A stretch of 62,959 bases of DNA, the filler included, from Octopus bimaculoides (taxonomy: Eukaryota): NCBI RefSeq assembly GCF_001194135.2. It is 5 parts of 5 records of this genome, joined end to end, with 100 filler letters (N's around TTAATTAATTAA, not from the genome) between each part and the next. Parts side by side here need not be neighbours in the genome. Positions count along the whole stretch, not along the records: positions 1 to 29,485 come from NC_068996.1; positions 29,586 to 39,996 come from NC_068984.1; 3 more parts are not named here. One strand, written 5' to 3'. Below are positions 23,003 to 35,970 of the stretch, piece by piece. Every line of letters starts with the position of its first letter. Position 1 is the first letter of the stretch. Made by a program: the position numbers and the translations under genes. The notes beneath the pieces are model-generated. The model worked only from the letters and a program-made list of their open reading frames with translations. It was not told the DNA's origin and made no database searches.

Positions 23003-23116
23003 TAGCTCGCTCCGGCCAGTCATGTCAGTAGCCAAAGAATCAACTCAAACCAGCAGTAACGTTCCTTGTCAGATTTTTCTACTTTCACTTCTGACAGCTA
23101 ATATCATGACAGTGCC
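22485..23116. mobile_element. MITE with TIRs of about 165 bp, GG termini and 8-bp TSD (Merlin-type)
   Basis: TIR GGCACTGTCATG.. / ..CATGACAGTGCC; TSD CAGACTTC at 22477-22484 and 23117-23124. Confidence 0.9.
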
Positions 23117-23543
23117 CAGACTTCTTTCTTTAAAATAGCGACCGTGTGAATCTGTGAAAGAAGTTCCATGGATCTCAATGCGGTAGTCAAATCTCTAACA
23201 ACAAACGCTTTAAAACAAATAGGGTGTGTTTTATGCAGCCCGGAATCAACATGAATGTAATCTCTAAACAAAGACCAAACGAAAACTTCTGTGTTTGACA
23301 ATGTGATTTGAGGGCAGTTTGGTTTCTATTTCTAGCTGGTGAAGTGACAACATAGAGCAGTGTTTCTCAAACTGGATTACATGAAACAATTCTGGTTTTC
23401 CACCAAATAAAATGTCTATAAATAGAATTTAATCATTTATTTTATATAAAAATATGCTATTTACTTCCCACTGTAGCCCTGAAATTACCAAAATCTTATG
23501 AGTGGGCTTAGTAGTTGGAAACTGAAAAGTAAGCCTCTGTCTC

Positions 23544-23578
<35 letters not shown>

Positions 23579-23579
23579 C

Positions 23580-23805
23580 TCATTGACCTAACATCATGGG
23601 ATAGTTTGTAAACAAATGTCATTGTCATACAAGCAGTGTTATTTATTTCCACTCTTCCTTGAAAACATGTCTGGTCATAAGGAAATATCTTGCTTGGAAA
23701 CAAGCCTGGGCTAGCAACAGGAAGGATATCTGATAGTGAAAAAATGTGCTTCAGCAAGTTGCATCTGACCCATGCTAACATGGAAAAATAAGTGTTAAAA
23801 TGATT
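23580..23805 (+). mobile_element. SINE fragment with RTE-like 3' tail (family D; related fragments near 25050-25240 +, 25290-25450 -, 26630-26780 + and 28740-28900 -)
   Basis: Recurring GG..ACAGGAAGG.TATC..GC and ..ACCCATGC..CATGGAAAA..GTTAAA(ATG)n-like blocks. Confidence 0.5.
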
Positions 23806-24160
23806 GTATATATGTATATATAAATAATTCCTCTCTGAAAATGTTTTGTTTTATTAGAATTAGGGTGGTAAGGACTTGTCCATAAACCATGGGCTCTAGG
23901 ATTTTGGAAAATCAGCAACATATGAAGAAAATGTTCAGGTTATTGGTATAGAGTCTCAATTGTTGACTCATTACTTATTCACAGACTAGATATGTATTCC
24001 AGAAGTTGATGACCTAAAACTATAAATTTATATCTCACAAGCAAATTTATCTCAAAGCATTCTTTATAGTTGAATTAGATTTTTTTTTCATTTTTCCTGT
24101 CATTCCTGCATAAAATCTCAAAGAATTTGTGGAGAGTGTTGAATGAATCACCTCCAACAC

Positions 24161-24553
24161 TTTACTTTTTTACTCTTTTATTTGTTTTAGTCATTTAACT
24201 GTGGCCATGCTGGAGCACCACCTTTAGTCGAGCTAATCGACCCCAGGACTTATTCTTTGTAAGCCTAATACTTATTCTATCGGTCGCTTTTGTCGAACTG
24301 CTAAGTTACGGGGACGTAAACACACCAGCATCGGTTGTCAAGTGATGTTGTGGGGGGACAAACATATATATATATATATATACATATATACGATGGGCTT
24401 CTTTCAGTTTCCGTCTACCAAATCCACTCACAAGGCTTTGGTTGGCCCGAGGCTATAGTAGAAGGCACTTGCCCAATGTGTCATGCAGTGGGACTGAACC
24501 CGGAACCATTTGGTTGGTAAGCAAGCTACTTACCACACAGCCACTCCTGTGCC
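24161..24553 (-). mobile_element. tRNA-derived CORE-like SINE, family B, full length
   Basis: Head GGCACAGGAGTGGCTGTGTGGTAAG..GGTTCAGTCCC, TTGGGCAAGTG core, internal (TA)n, 3' GACTAAAACAAATAAAAGAGTAA; nine related copies in this window. Confidence 0.9.
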
Positions 24554-26089
24554 TATGATAATATTTTTTCAGGGTTGTTGTTGTTGTTTCATTTGGTCTT
24601 TTTCCCCCCTTGAGAAATTCAAATGGTTGTTTTGAGCTTATTTCTTATGCCTTGGAAGGATAAAAGTCCAAATGAATTCAACAGGATTTGGTATTACAAA
24701 GATATGTGACTATATATAACAAAGAATTTTAAATTGCTGGTGTGTTAATAGTAATTTGTTTCTTTTATATACTTTACTATATGAATGTAAACAATATGGC
24801 TGTATATGTTTTTGTGAATAAAAAAAATGGAACAGCTACACACATGTCATGTATATAACTGTTTAAACCTATCCTACAATGATATTGTAAGATAAGTGTG
24901 AAAGGCTGGATCTGGCTGGTTTGAACTTAAAACAGGTAGAATATTTAACCAAACTAGCTGCCAAAAAATGTTATAAATATAACTTGGTCTAATCAGTTTA
25001 CATAAGCTTTTAATAAACATGGGTTTTTTTGTTTTAAGCAACTTATAAGTTACTTGGTTACCTCACTGGTGCCAATACATTTGATAAAGTAGTTGGCATT
25101 AGGAAGGATATCCAGCTATAGGCACCATGGCAGAGCAGATATTGAAACTCAACACAGTCCTCCAGCTGTCAAACTGTCCAACCTATAACCAGTATGATAG
25201 ACAGATTTTAAATGATGTTAATGATTGTGATGATGATAATGATGATGATGGGAGACAGTTAAAGAGGATATACAATTACTACTGAAATCATCATCATCAT
25301 TATATCATTCAATGTCTATGTTCCATGCTGGTATGAGTGGACAGTTTGACAAGATTTGATGGGTCCAAGGACTGCATCATATTCCACTGTCCGCACAGGT
25401 GTCTTCCTAACAGCAACCACTAGGTGCTTTTCTCATGCCACTGGCACTACTCACCTCATAAAACCCTAAAACCTGAAGTAGGATGGAGCTTTAGACTAGG
25501 AGATGATAAATTAATGGACAAGAGAAGCAGGGAACACATTCCTGTTGCAGAGAAGCTACATGGCTACTCACTTTTAGAAGAGGGGGTCTGAATGATCAGT
25601 TGGGACTGCAGCAGATGACTCCTCAAGGTACATGGTAAATAGATGTGAGTGGGGACCAAGGAACTAGGAGTGTGGATGGATGGGGGGTTTGGGTCTAATG
25701 GATGGAGGAATGGAAGAAGGAAGGTATGCTACAAACTGTAAAGATTGGGATGGTTGAAGAGTGGATGTGGAGAAGGTGGAGTGATGCAGAAGAGAGTGAG
25801 CAGAGCATCAAGAGGATAGTAATGATAAAATGTTTGACAAGGAAGAAAGAGAGAGGTAGACATAGGACATTAGGGGAGATGACTTGGTGCTTAAATGGGG
25901 AAGTGATCTATGTAATATGTGGGTGTAGAGAACAATAATTAATGAATGAAGAATAACTATCAAGTAAAATCGTTTCGGGTAGTAAGAAAAATGAAATGAT
26001 ACCAAGGGTAAGCTGTAGTGATGGGTAAAATTGAAACATGGAGACCTGACCCTGGGGATCAACTGCAGATGTGGTCTGGTGACCAGGGT

Positions 26090-26560
26090 CATATATTCCC
26101 TATAGAAACCTCTCCAACATCATTACTCTATCTCCTGGAAGAAAAAGCTCTGCATCTACAATGCATCAGCCCTTTCCATTCTCTTCTATGGAACAGAAAC
26201 ATGGCCCTCTTGAAGACCCTAGTAAAGAGGATCAACAGCTTCAATAGCAGAGCCCTGAGAGCCATCAAGAACATCAGTTGGTACCTTCATGTTTCCAATA
26301 AAGAACTACGTGCACACACACATCAGCTTGCAGCCTCCCACCTCATAGCTATCCATTGCATGCACTGGTATGGACATGTCCTCTGTCTCCCACTAGATCA
26401 TTCTACAAGAGCTTTACTCTCATTCAACTCAACAGCTGTGGGCTGGAAGAGGCCTCATAGCAGACCCTGCACCAGATGGCTGGACATGATAAAGGAAGAT
26501 CTCCAGAGGCTCAACATCACCTTGGAGGATGCAGAGGGGCTTGCATGAGAGACTGCATAA
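26090..26560 (+). pseudogene. RTE-clade LINE ORF2 C-terminal fragment
   Basis: KKKLCIYNASALSILFYGTETWP, FNSRALRAIKNISW..VSNKEL, WYGHVL and WKRP..RP..RWLDMIKEDL. Confidence 0.85.
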
Positions 26561-28313
26561 AGTTGCCTTCCAACCTCTTCTAGCATAAAACCTCATTTCT
26601 TTTTCTATAACCCCACTTGATCAAAGAGGATTTTAATGTTGCAAGCTACAGGATAACCTCACTGCTGCTGGTGTCATAAAAAAGTGCCCAGTACACACAG
26701 TAGAGTGATTGGCATTCAAAAGGGTATCCAATCATAGATGTGATGTCAAAGCAGACATTGGAGCATGTCAAACTGTTCCAACTTAATAATAGTTTACCAG
26801 TATTGGTCTATAAACATAACATGAAAGAGCTCAGAAATATAATAATGCAACAAAGGAACACCAGAAGAAACTAACTAACAAAGTATCAAATATGATGGCA
26901 GTCTGAAAGAAGAACAACACATTGAGTAATATATTCCTCAATATATTACGTCAATGGAGGACAGTAAAGTCACAACTGAAATGTCTTTGATCAAAGACCT
27001 ATCAGATAAGAGCCAACCTAGGGTTAAATAACAAGTTGAAAGAACTTTTGCTTTATTGTCAGATATGCAAGATAATTAAATACAAAGACTGTCTTCAAAA
27101 GATCTATCTACTAACAAATTAAGTGTGTATAACAAGTGTGTATAACAATATCTGTTTTATTTGTCCCTCTAGGATTCAATAAAATGAATTACCAGTCAAG
27201 TACTGGAGGTTTGATTTCATCAAACCCTGTTATCACCACCACTAAAAAGAAATTAGTGGCATTATACTTGCCTTAGTCGTCAATATTGTTTGTATTTATA
27301 TATCCTAGAAACAACTATTGAAAGAGATTGTACCTCTGTATGTTTGGATTATGTGTGTGTGTGTGTGTATGTACACACACACACACACACAGAGGCACAC
27401 ACAAGAGAATTGTAAAGATAAAAAGCTGTTGATTGAAGGTATTTCTGATTATTAATCTTACTTCCCCTACTTAAAGTGTACCTCAAACAATTTTTGAACA
27501 CACATTGACAAAATATTTGACAACTATATCTGTGTAATTGTGTAAGAAGGGCAATGTGTAAAGAGATAAATGTTGTTACTGATCAACCTACCTTTTAAAA
27601 AATGTTTTTTGTTTTTATTTGTGTGTGTTTTTTTGGGGGGGTGTGGTGAGTTTTCCTACTCACTATTTATAAGTTTGGTGAAAAAGTAATACTGAAGTTT
27701 GCTACAAAATGACCTGTTTTATATCAAAAAAGAAAAAAAGTGGGGCGGGGGATGTAGTTGAAGCTAAATGGTTCTGGAAACCATATTGAAAATTTATTCC
27801 CAAGAAATTGAATATTATGTTTGTGCCCTTGGAAAAAGAAATTCAGCTGTCACTCAGAAGAATGCTTAAGATCTAAAGAGGTTACATTACCATACAAAAT
27901 GCCAGGCTTGTTATTCATATCTCAATACTGATCGTTATCAATGCAAACAATTTCTCTGGATTTGATGCAAAGCATTTATGTTATGTTGTACAAAGTGACA
28001 ATGGTAGCTTGATCCTCCTATTCTGTATCAATCTTGATTAAACAAACCTTTGATCCAAATTTTTTCAGTTCTAATGTGTATCCTTCCTTGTTTAACCTTT
28101 TAGCATTTAAACAGGCCGTATTTAACCCTAATATTGTTTTATGTTCAAATTTGTCAGATCCAGCCTCTCACACCTACTCTACAACATCATTCTAGAAATA
28201 AAAAAAATCATTACAACGAACCTTGAAGATACAAGGTAGTGCAAGATTGAGTATCCCTTCTTTTAATATGGTAGGGTGTGATTTGAGGTTAATCAATGTC
28301 CTGTAGTGTTCTC

Positions 28314-28389
<76 letters not shown>

Positions 28390-29141
28390 NNNNNNNNNNN
28401 NNNNNNNNNNNNNNNNNNNNNNNNNNNNNNNNNNNNNNNNNNNNNNNNNNNNNNNNNNNNNNNNNNNNNNNNNNNNNNNNNNNNNNNNNNNNNNNNNNNN
28501 NNNNNNNNNNNNNNNNNNNNNNNNNNNNNNNNNNNNNNNNNNNNNNNNNNNNNNNNNNNNNNNNNNNNNNNNNNNNNNNNNNNNNNNNNNNNNNNNNNNN
28601 NNNNNNNNNNNNNNNNNNNNNNNNNNATATATATATATATATATACATATATATATAATAAATTCCTTGATCCTGAGATTTTGACAAAATGCATATAGTC
28701 TAGTTTAAATATCATAAAAATGTAAACTGTTGCATGAATCATCATTTAACATCTCTTTTTCCTTCCATACTGGCAAAGGTTGGATAGTTCGACTAGAGCT
28801 GGCAAGCTGGAGAGCTGCACCAGGCTCCAGTCTGATTTGGCGTTGTCTCTACAGCTTCCTAACGCCAGCCACATTACAGAGTGTGCCAGATGCTTCTATG
28901 TGGCACTGGCATAGGACACTTGCAGGCCAATCCTCTCCACCAGGGTAGCAGCCTTAACACTTCTACTGTGGAGGACAGGTAGATGAAATTTGTTGATACA
29001 AAATCAACATCATTAGTGTACATTGTGAATGTGGTGTTTTTAAACTGTTAGTATGTCCTTTCACCTGCAAAGAGAGGTTGAAAATAGTTAAGTTGATTAC
29101 ATGTTTCCACCTATATTTACGAGATTTATTTCCTAATTAAA

Positions 29142-29485
29142 TTACTCTTTACTCTTTTACTTGTTTCAGTCATTTGACTGTAGCCATGCTGGAGCACCAC
29201 CTTTAGTTGAGCAAATCGACCCCAGGACTTATTCTTTGTAAGCCTAGTACTTATTCTATCGGTCTCTTTTGCCGAACCGCTAAGTTACGGGGACGTAAAC
29301 ACACCAGCATTGGTTGTCATGCGATGTTGGGGAGACAAACACAGACACACAAACACATATATATATATACATATATACTACGGGCTTCTTTCAGTTTCCA
29401 TCTACCAAATCCACTCACAAGGCTTTGGTTGGCCTGAGGCTATAGTAGAAGACACTTGCCCAAGGTGCTACGCAGTGGGACTAAA
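29142..29485 (-). mobile_element. SINE family B (5' end lost in gap)
   Basis: Near-identical to 24161-24553. Confidence 0.9.
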
Positions 29486-29529
29486 NNNNNNNNNNNNNNN
29501 NNNNNNNNNNNNNNNNNNNNNNNNNNNNN

Positions 29530-29541
29530 TTAATTAATTAA
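29530..29541. other. Artificial scaffold linker TTAATTAATTAA (also 40041-40052, 53918-53929 and 59733-59744)
   Basis: Identical 12-mer embedded in N-runs four times; it places stop codons in all six frames. Confidence 0.9.
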
Positions 29542-30005
29542 NNNNNNNNNNNNNNNNNNNNNNNNNNNNNNNNNNNNNNNNNNNNTATATATATATATAT
29601 ATATTTCGTTTTGGGATTTGGTTTGCAAGATTCTTTTTGTGAGTTTGTGTGTTGAAGCATATTTTGTTGTGTCTGGGGAGAGTCATTCTCTTTTGGTGCC
29701 TTGTTATTTAACATACTCACCGGTAAATTTTCCACTCATTTACTTATTTATTTTTCCCAAAATCTTCGTTGCGTCTTGCAAACTTTCAATGGTCGTTGAC
29801 AGCCAACGGCTATTGGAAAGGTGATCTAAATATGTTGTGTTTATATTTGTAGTGACGTTAATGCATGGCTTAATCCGAAAGCCTATGAAAGAATTAAGAC
29901 TGCTCTGCCTTACAACATTCACTTTGACAACTTTACGTATATATATTCTTAGTACGAAGGCGATCAATGAGTAGTAACCGAAGGAATGACTTTGTGGGTC
30001 TACAA

Positions 30006-30345
30006 CAGTACTCCTCAATCGGAGTCCATCAGGCCCCTGGGGGCCCATATAAGATGTTTTGGGGGTCTACACAACTAAATAGTAAATAGAGGATCCACAA
30101 TAATATTTTTAGAGCGCCCGATTTTGCTTTAGATGTATGTATTGGTATGTATTGCAAAAGACAGTTTTTTTCTCTCTGATGTTTTACATAGTTCAACCAA
30201 CACAAGTTAATGTGTGAAAAGAAAAGGGAATTTTGAAAGAAGTTTCTGTAAAACTAGTTTTTAAACATCGAATGGCTATGGGAGTCCACCAGAATAAAAT
30301 GATAATCAAATGAATCCATGGATAAAAAATGGTTAAGAACCTCTG
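30006..30345. mobile_element. hAT (Charlie-like) MITE
   Basis: Termini CAGTACTCCTCAA.. / ..GGTTAAGAACCTCTG; 8-bp TSD GTCTACAA at 29998-30005 and 30346-30353. Confidence 0.85.
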
Positions 30346-30451
30346 GTCTACAATATGCATAAATGACTGACATATCTCACACAGCACAATCTTAGAAAGT
30401 ACAAACACGTTACAGTTGTGTCTATATTCCTGTAACAACTCAATCGTCATG

Positions 30452-30597
30452 TAAAAGGACCCCTTCGGTCATGAATGACAATGGAAAAATAAAGTGCCTT
30501 GCTCAAGAACACAACGCACATCTCGGCCTAGGAATCGAACGCAATACCTCATGATTGTGAACCCGACGCTCTAACCACTAAGCCATGCGCCTTCATG
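30452..30597 (-). mobile_element. tRNA-head SINE 5' part (degenerate relative at about 57345-57460 +)
   Basis: GGCGCATGGCTTAGTGGTTAGAGCG A box, GTTCGATTCC B box, followed by TTGAGCAAGGCACTT; no CCA or acceptor stem. Confidence 0.75.
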
Positions 30598-30947
30598 TAT
30601 AAACATACAAATGTCATAATCTAACCTGATACCTGTTCTTTGATTGTTTATACTTTTGATCTATTACAAACGAACCCGTTCAGTTGATAAACCTCCTACA
30701 GCCGATTGTCATGAGGCAGCTATAACATCCTTGCCTTTAGTTGCAGTTCAGTTTGGTATCTAGGTAGCAAGTCAACCTGAGTAGTAATTGTGTGTACCTG
30801 TTACCTCACGTCACCAGACATAATATTACCTGAATTCTATCTATCTATCTTCTTTTTTTCTCTTCTTTCCCCCTCCGAAAAAGAAAAGCTCTACATTGTA
30901 TTCGTCCCATCTTTGTTGAGCCCTGTGTGGCTAATAAAAGAAATGTC

Positions 30948-30980
<33 letters not shown>

Positions 30981-30982
30981 TG

Positions 30983-31025
<43 letters not shown>

Positions 31026-31079
31026 AGTCAGTCTGTCAGGCTAGCTATTTATATATATGCATGTATGTGTGCAAGGTGG

Positions 31080-31253
31080 GGTGGGAAAGTTACAATTGAA
31101 TCCAGTACTTGGTTGGTACTTTATTTTATCCACTACAGAGGGATGAAAATCATATTTGATTTCGATAGAATTTGAACTCAGGAGGTAAAGAACCGGAAAA
31201 ACCACCGCAAGGCATTTTTCCGACGCTCTCACATTCTGCCGGCTTGCGATCTT
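31080..31253 (-). mobile_element. SINE family A, degenerate (further fragments at about 31270-31410)
   Basis: AATTTGAACTCAG and GGCATTTTTCCGACGC blocks match the reverse complement of 13930-14160. Confidence 0.55.
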
Positions 31254-31911
31254 AATAATAATTGAATCTGACTTAGGCGCAAAGTTTGCAGTGTTGAAGG
31301 GAAGTGCTTATTCGATAACACCGACCCCAATACGTTACTCGTGTTTTATTTTATCGACCTCAGAGGGGAGAATGACAAAGTTGACCTCGGCTGGTTTTGG
31401 GGTAGCAACAAAAAGGTGGACCCCATTCAATGGATTTAACAGAGGGAGGGAGAGAGAGAGGGTGGGGGAATAGTATAAAGAAAAGGTTTAGTACTCTACT
31501 TCCCAACCGTATGTTTCTGGGTTCAACCCCACCGAAAAGCATCTTGGTCAACTCTATCTTTAAATAACCAAGGTTTAGCCAATGCTTTGTAAGTGGAATT
31601 TAGTAGATGGAAACCGGATAGAGGGTCTTAGCATATGGAATTTTGTGTACGTTTCTGGTGTCATAGAGCAAAACGTTTTTGCCCGATGCTCTAACGATTT
31701 TGACAACCCGCCGTCCTTTCCCTGTGTGTCCTTGGGGTAGGCACCTCCATTTCGTGATGCTTCAGTCGACTCAGCTGAAAATCGGCCCTGTCGGGTATAG
31801 ATGTAGAAGACTAGCACTATCTCTATAGATATGCTGTTAGTAGACTTTGCTGGCGGATGGACATTGAGTGAATATAGAGAAAAGAAGAATGAAAAATAAT
31901 CTTGCAAACCA

Positions 31912-32115
31912 TTACTCTTTTACTCTTTTACTTGTTTCAGTCATTTGACTGCGGCCATGCCGGAGCATCGCCTTTAGTGGAGAGAATCGACCCCAGGACT
32001 TATTCTTTGTAAGCCTAGTACTTATTCGATCGTTTTTTTTTGTCGAACCGCTAAGTTACGGGGACGTAAACACACCAGCATCGGTTGACAAACACAGACA
32101 CACAAACACACATAC

Positions 32116-32160
<45 letters not shown>

Positions 32161-32448
32161 NNNNNNNNNNNNNNNNNNNNNNNNNNNNNNNNNNNNNNNN
32201 NNNNNNNNNNNNNNNNNNNNNNNNNNNNNNNNNNNNNNNNNNNNNNNNNNNNNNNNNNNNNNNNNATATATATACACATATATGTGACGGGCTTCTTTTC
32301 AGTTTCCGTCTACCAAATCCACCCACAATGCTATGGTAGGCCCGAGGCTATAGTAGAAGACACTTGCCCAAGGTGCCACACAGTAGGACTGAACCCGGAG
32401 CCATGTGGTTGGTAAGCAAGCTACTTACCACACAGCCACTCCTGCGCC
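31912..32448 (-). mobile_element. SINE family B, full length, with a gap inside its internal microsatellite
   Basis: Both halves match 24161-24553; 5' end GGCGCAGGAGTGG at 32448. Confidence 0.9.
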
Positions 32449-32502
32449 ATTGTTTGATACAGCTATTTTGTATTTAGGGATTGAGTTGTTTGCTACAGTA
32501 AA

Positions 32503-32826
32503 GACGCGTGGGTTAAGGGTTAGGGTACTCGGCTTACGATCGTAAGGTTGTGAGTTCAATTCCTGGGGACGCCTTCTATCCTTTAGTAAAATACTTTATT
32601 TCATGTTGCTCCAGTTCACTCAGCTGACAAAAATGAGTTGTATCTACTTGTTATTCAAAGGGCCAGCTTTGCCACATTCTGTGTCACGCTGAATCTCTCT
32701 GAGAACTATTTTAAAAGTACGCGTGCCTGTGAAATGCTCAGCTACTTGCACGTTAATTTCACGTGCAGGCTGTTCCGTTGACTGGATCAATTGGAACCCA
32801 CGTCGTTGTAACCGACGAGGCGTCAG
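32503..32826 (+). mobile_element. tRNA-derived SINE, family C
   Basis: GACGCGTGG.TTA head, GAGTTCAATTCC B box, CAAAGGGCCAGC and GCAGGCTGTTCCGTTGA..GTAACCGACG 3' end; also at 33870-34230, 39035-39128 (3' part) and 40575-40852 (-). Confidence 0.8.
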
Positions 32827-32964
32827 TTTATTATTATGGCTGAGCGTACGTGTGTAGGTATACGCGCCATAATGTAAGCGTTATATTGTAAAGTCATCTT
32901 TTCTCATTTTGGCACAAGACTATCAAATTTGACGAGTGATTAGATGATTACATCGATCCTAGTG

Positions 32965-33310
32965 CATAGCTTATTTTATCGACTCCGAAAGGATGAAATG
33001 CAAAGTCGACTTCGGAGGAATTTAAACGTAAAGAAGGACGAAATGGTGTTTAGCATTTTGCCCTGCGTGCTAACGATTCTGACAGAACACCGTCTTAATA
33101 ATAATAACAACAGCAACAATGGTTTCAAATTTTACCACAAGGGCATCAATTTCATCGACCCCAGTGTTTCACTTGTGCTTAATTTATCGACCCCGAAAGG
33201 ATGAAAGGTAAAGTCGACCTCGGCGGAATTTGAACTCAGAACGTAAAGATGGCTGAAATGCTGCTAAGCATTTTGCTCGGCGTGCTAAGGATTCTACCAG
33301 CTCACCGTCT
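32965..33310 (-). mobile_element. Two head-to-tail SINE family A copies
   Basis: Two GAAAGGATGAAA..AAAGTCGAC.TCGG.GGAATTT..CCGTCTTA units; each 5' end abuts (AAT)n. Confidence 0.8.
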
Positions 33311-33345
33311 TAATGATAATAATAATAATAGTAATAATAGTAATG

Positions 33346-33385
<40 letters not shown>

Positions 33386-33408
33386 TAATAGTGATGATGA
33401 TGATGATA

Positions 33409-33461
<53 letters not shown>

Positions 33462-33462
33462 A

Positions 33463-33499
<37 letters not shown>

Positions 33500-33500
33500 C
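33311..33500. repeat. Compound (AAT)n/(GAT)n microsatellite
   Basis: Direct reading; it produces spurious poly-N/D ORFs. Confidence 0.95.
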
Positions 33501-33637
33501 ATTAATTTGTCACAAGGGCGAAGATAATAATAATTATACAGAGCATAATATTAGCTGATTTGAAACCGCTATTTTACAGAGATGTCAACACACCAGCACC
33601 GGTTACCAAGAAGTGGTACATGACAAACACAGATACA

Positions 33638-33670
<33 letters not shown>

Positions 33671-33671
33671 G

Positions 33672-33716
<45 letters not shown>

Positions 33717-33726
33717 NNNNNNNNNN

Positions 33727-33771
<45 letters not shown>

Positions 33772-33869
33772 AGACACACACACACACACACTTTAAGAAA
33801 CAATGTGACACGAGATGGGCTTGAGTGTTTTTTCTTTTCCTCTTTTTATATGTGCTCATCTAATCGTGA

Positions 33870-34230
33870 AGACGCGTGGCTTAGTGGTTTATGTAATCGG
33901 TTCCCGATCTTACGATCGTGAGTTCGATCCCCGGTAGCGTGTTGTGTCCCTGAACGAGACACTTTATTTCCCGTTGCTCCAATCCACTCAGCTGGCGAAG
34001 TGAGCTGTACTTGAATTTCAAAGGGCCAGCCTTGTAACAGGTTGTGTCACGCTTAACCTCCTTAATAACTACCTTCAGGGTACGCTTGTTTGTAGAGTGC
34101 TCATCCACTAGCACGCTAACGCTAATTTCACGAACAGGCTGTTCCGTTGATCGGATCCCCCGGAACAAACGTTGTCGTGCCAGCATATAAATATATGGAT
34201 CCCTCGTCGTCTTAACCGACGGAGTACCAG
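33870..34230 (+). mobile_element. SINE family C
   Basis: GACGCGTGGCTTAGTGG A box, GAGTTCGATCCCCGG B box; body matches 32503-32826. Confidence 0.8.
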
Positions 34231-35054
34231 TTTATAAAAATATGCTTATCTACAGTGGTTTATAAGTCAGCTTTCTCTACAAAAGGCAATCGAGCCTGTC
34301 GTTCTTGAAGTGTGTCAGGAACATGTTGCCAGTCCTCAATAGCTGTGGCTAAGCAAAACCTATTTAAAACACACACTTCCGTTCGACAACACTACCAACA
34401 CCAGCACCACCCGCTCCACTAACAACAATAATAATAACAGCAATGATAATAATAACAACAATAATATTTTTATTATTAATATTATCCGTAGTCGTAGTAT
34501 TTCTAGTAGTCGTTGTTGCTGTTGTGTTGCTGGTAGTGATGGTGGTGGTGGTGGTGTTGGTCTTGAAGTGAGCGCACGTGAATGTCTCCCGAGGGGTGTC
34601 GATAACGATAACAGAAAAAAAAAACAAAAAAAAAAAAAAAACNNNNNNNNNNAAAAAAAAAAAAAAAAAAAAAAAAAAACCCGAGGGTGAGGTGGTCGTA
34701 TTTGGAATGAAATTAAATTTAAATAGTGGCAGGCGCCACTTGACTGGAGAAATATATATATATACCCGACCGGCTGCTGGCTACAGGTGCGATGGTGGTG
34801 AAGAAGTTGTTGGTGGTGGAGGATGGATATGGAGGTAGGGCCTAGGCAGTGTTGGGAAGGTGGAATGGGCGAGGTGGGTTTTAATCATTGGCGCGTGCAT
34901 GTACACGCACACGCAAATTTATTCACGCGCACAAACGCACACTTGTGGAAACGCACCCGCACACGCACCCGTATATAACATCCATACTTTATCCACGAAC
35001 AAATCCTTGGCCCCCATCCATCCATCCGCCTATCCATCCTTTCATCCATCCGTC

Positions 35055-35216
35055 CATACATACATACATACATACATACATACATACATACATACACACG
35101 TACATACATACACACATACATACATACATACATACATACATACATACATACATACATACATACATACACACGTACATACATACACACATACATACATACA
35201 TACATACATACATACA
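35055..35216. repeat. (ATAC)n microsatellite (representative of many AC, AG, AT, ATAC and ATCT SSRs)
   Basis: Direct reading; similar arrays at 30945-31030, 38405-38465, 41875-42015 and elsewhere. Confidence 0.95.
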
Positions 35217-35710
35217 NNNNNNNNNNNNNNNNNNNNNNNNNNNNNNNNNNNNNNNNNNNNNNNNNNNNNNNNNNNNNNNNNNNNNNNNNNNNNNNNNNNN
35301 NNNNNNNNNNNNNNNNNNNNNNNNNNNNNNNNNNNNNNNNNNNNNNNNNNNNNNNNNNNNNNNNNNNNNNNNNNNNNNNNNNNNNNNNNNNNNNNNNNNN
35401 NNNNNNNNNNNNNNNNNNNNNNNNNNNNNNNNNNNNNNNNNNNNNNNNNNNNNNNNNNNNNNNNNNNNNNNNNNNNNNNNNNNNNNNNNNNNNNNNNNNN
35501 NNNNNNNNNNNNNNNNNNNNNNNNNNNNNNNNNNNNNNNNNNNNNNNNNNNNNNNNNNNNNNNNNNNNNNNNNNNNNNNNNNNNNNNNNNNNNNNNNNNN
35601 NNNNNNNNNNNNNNNNNNNNNNNNNNNNNNNNNNNNNNNNNNNNNNNNNNNNNNNNNNNNNNNNNNNNNNNNNNNNNNNNNNNNNNNNNNNNNNNNNNNN
35701 NNNNNNNNNN

Positions 35711-35744
<34 letters not shown>

Positions 35745-35939
35745 TACATTCATACATACACAAATGGCAACACGTGCCAGCTTGTTTGCGTAACAGGAAA
35801 TGTTATGGCAAGGGAAAAAAATTAAAATAATCCGCAAAAATGAACATATGGCCTCAGGAATATATAAATTTACATACAAATACATGGATGAATGTATGTG
35901 TATGTTTATATAAACATATACGTAAATGTATATATATTT

Positions 35940-35970
<31 letters not shown>

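Noticed and set aside
23347-23365. hAT-like TIR CAGTGTTTCTCAAAC
   Set aside because: No partner TIR or TSD identified.
30452-30597. tRNA-like sequences (also at 32503, 33870, 38733 and 47101)
   Set aside because: They have A/B boxes but no complete cloverleaf or acceptor stem and run into SINE bodies; these are SINE heads, not tRNA genes.
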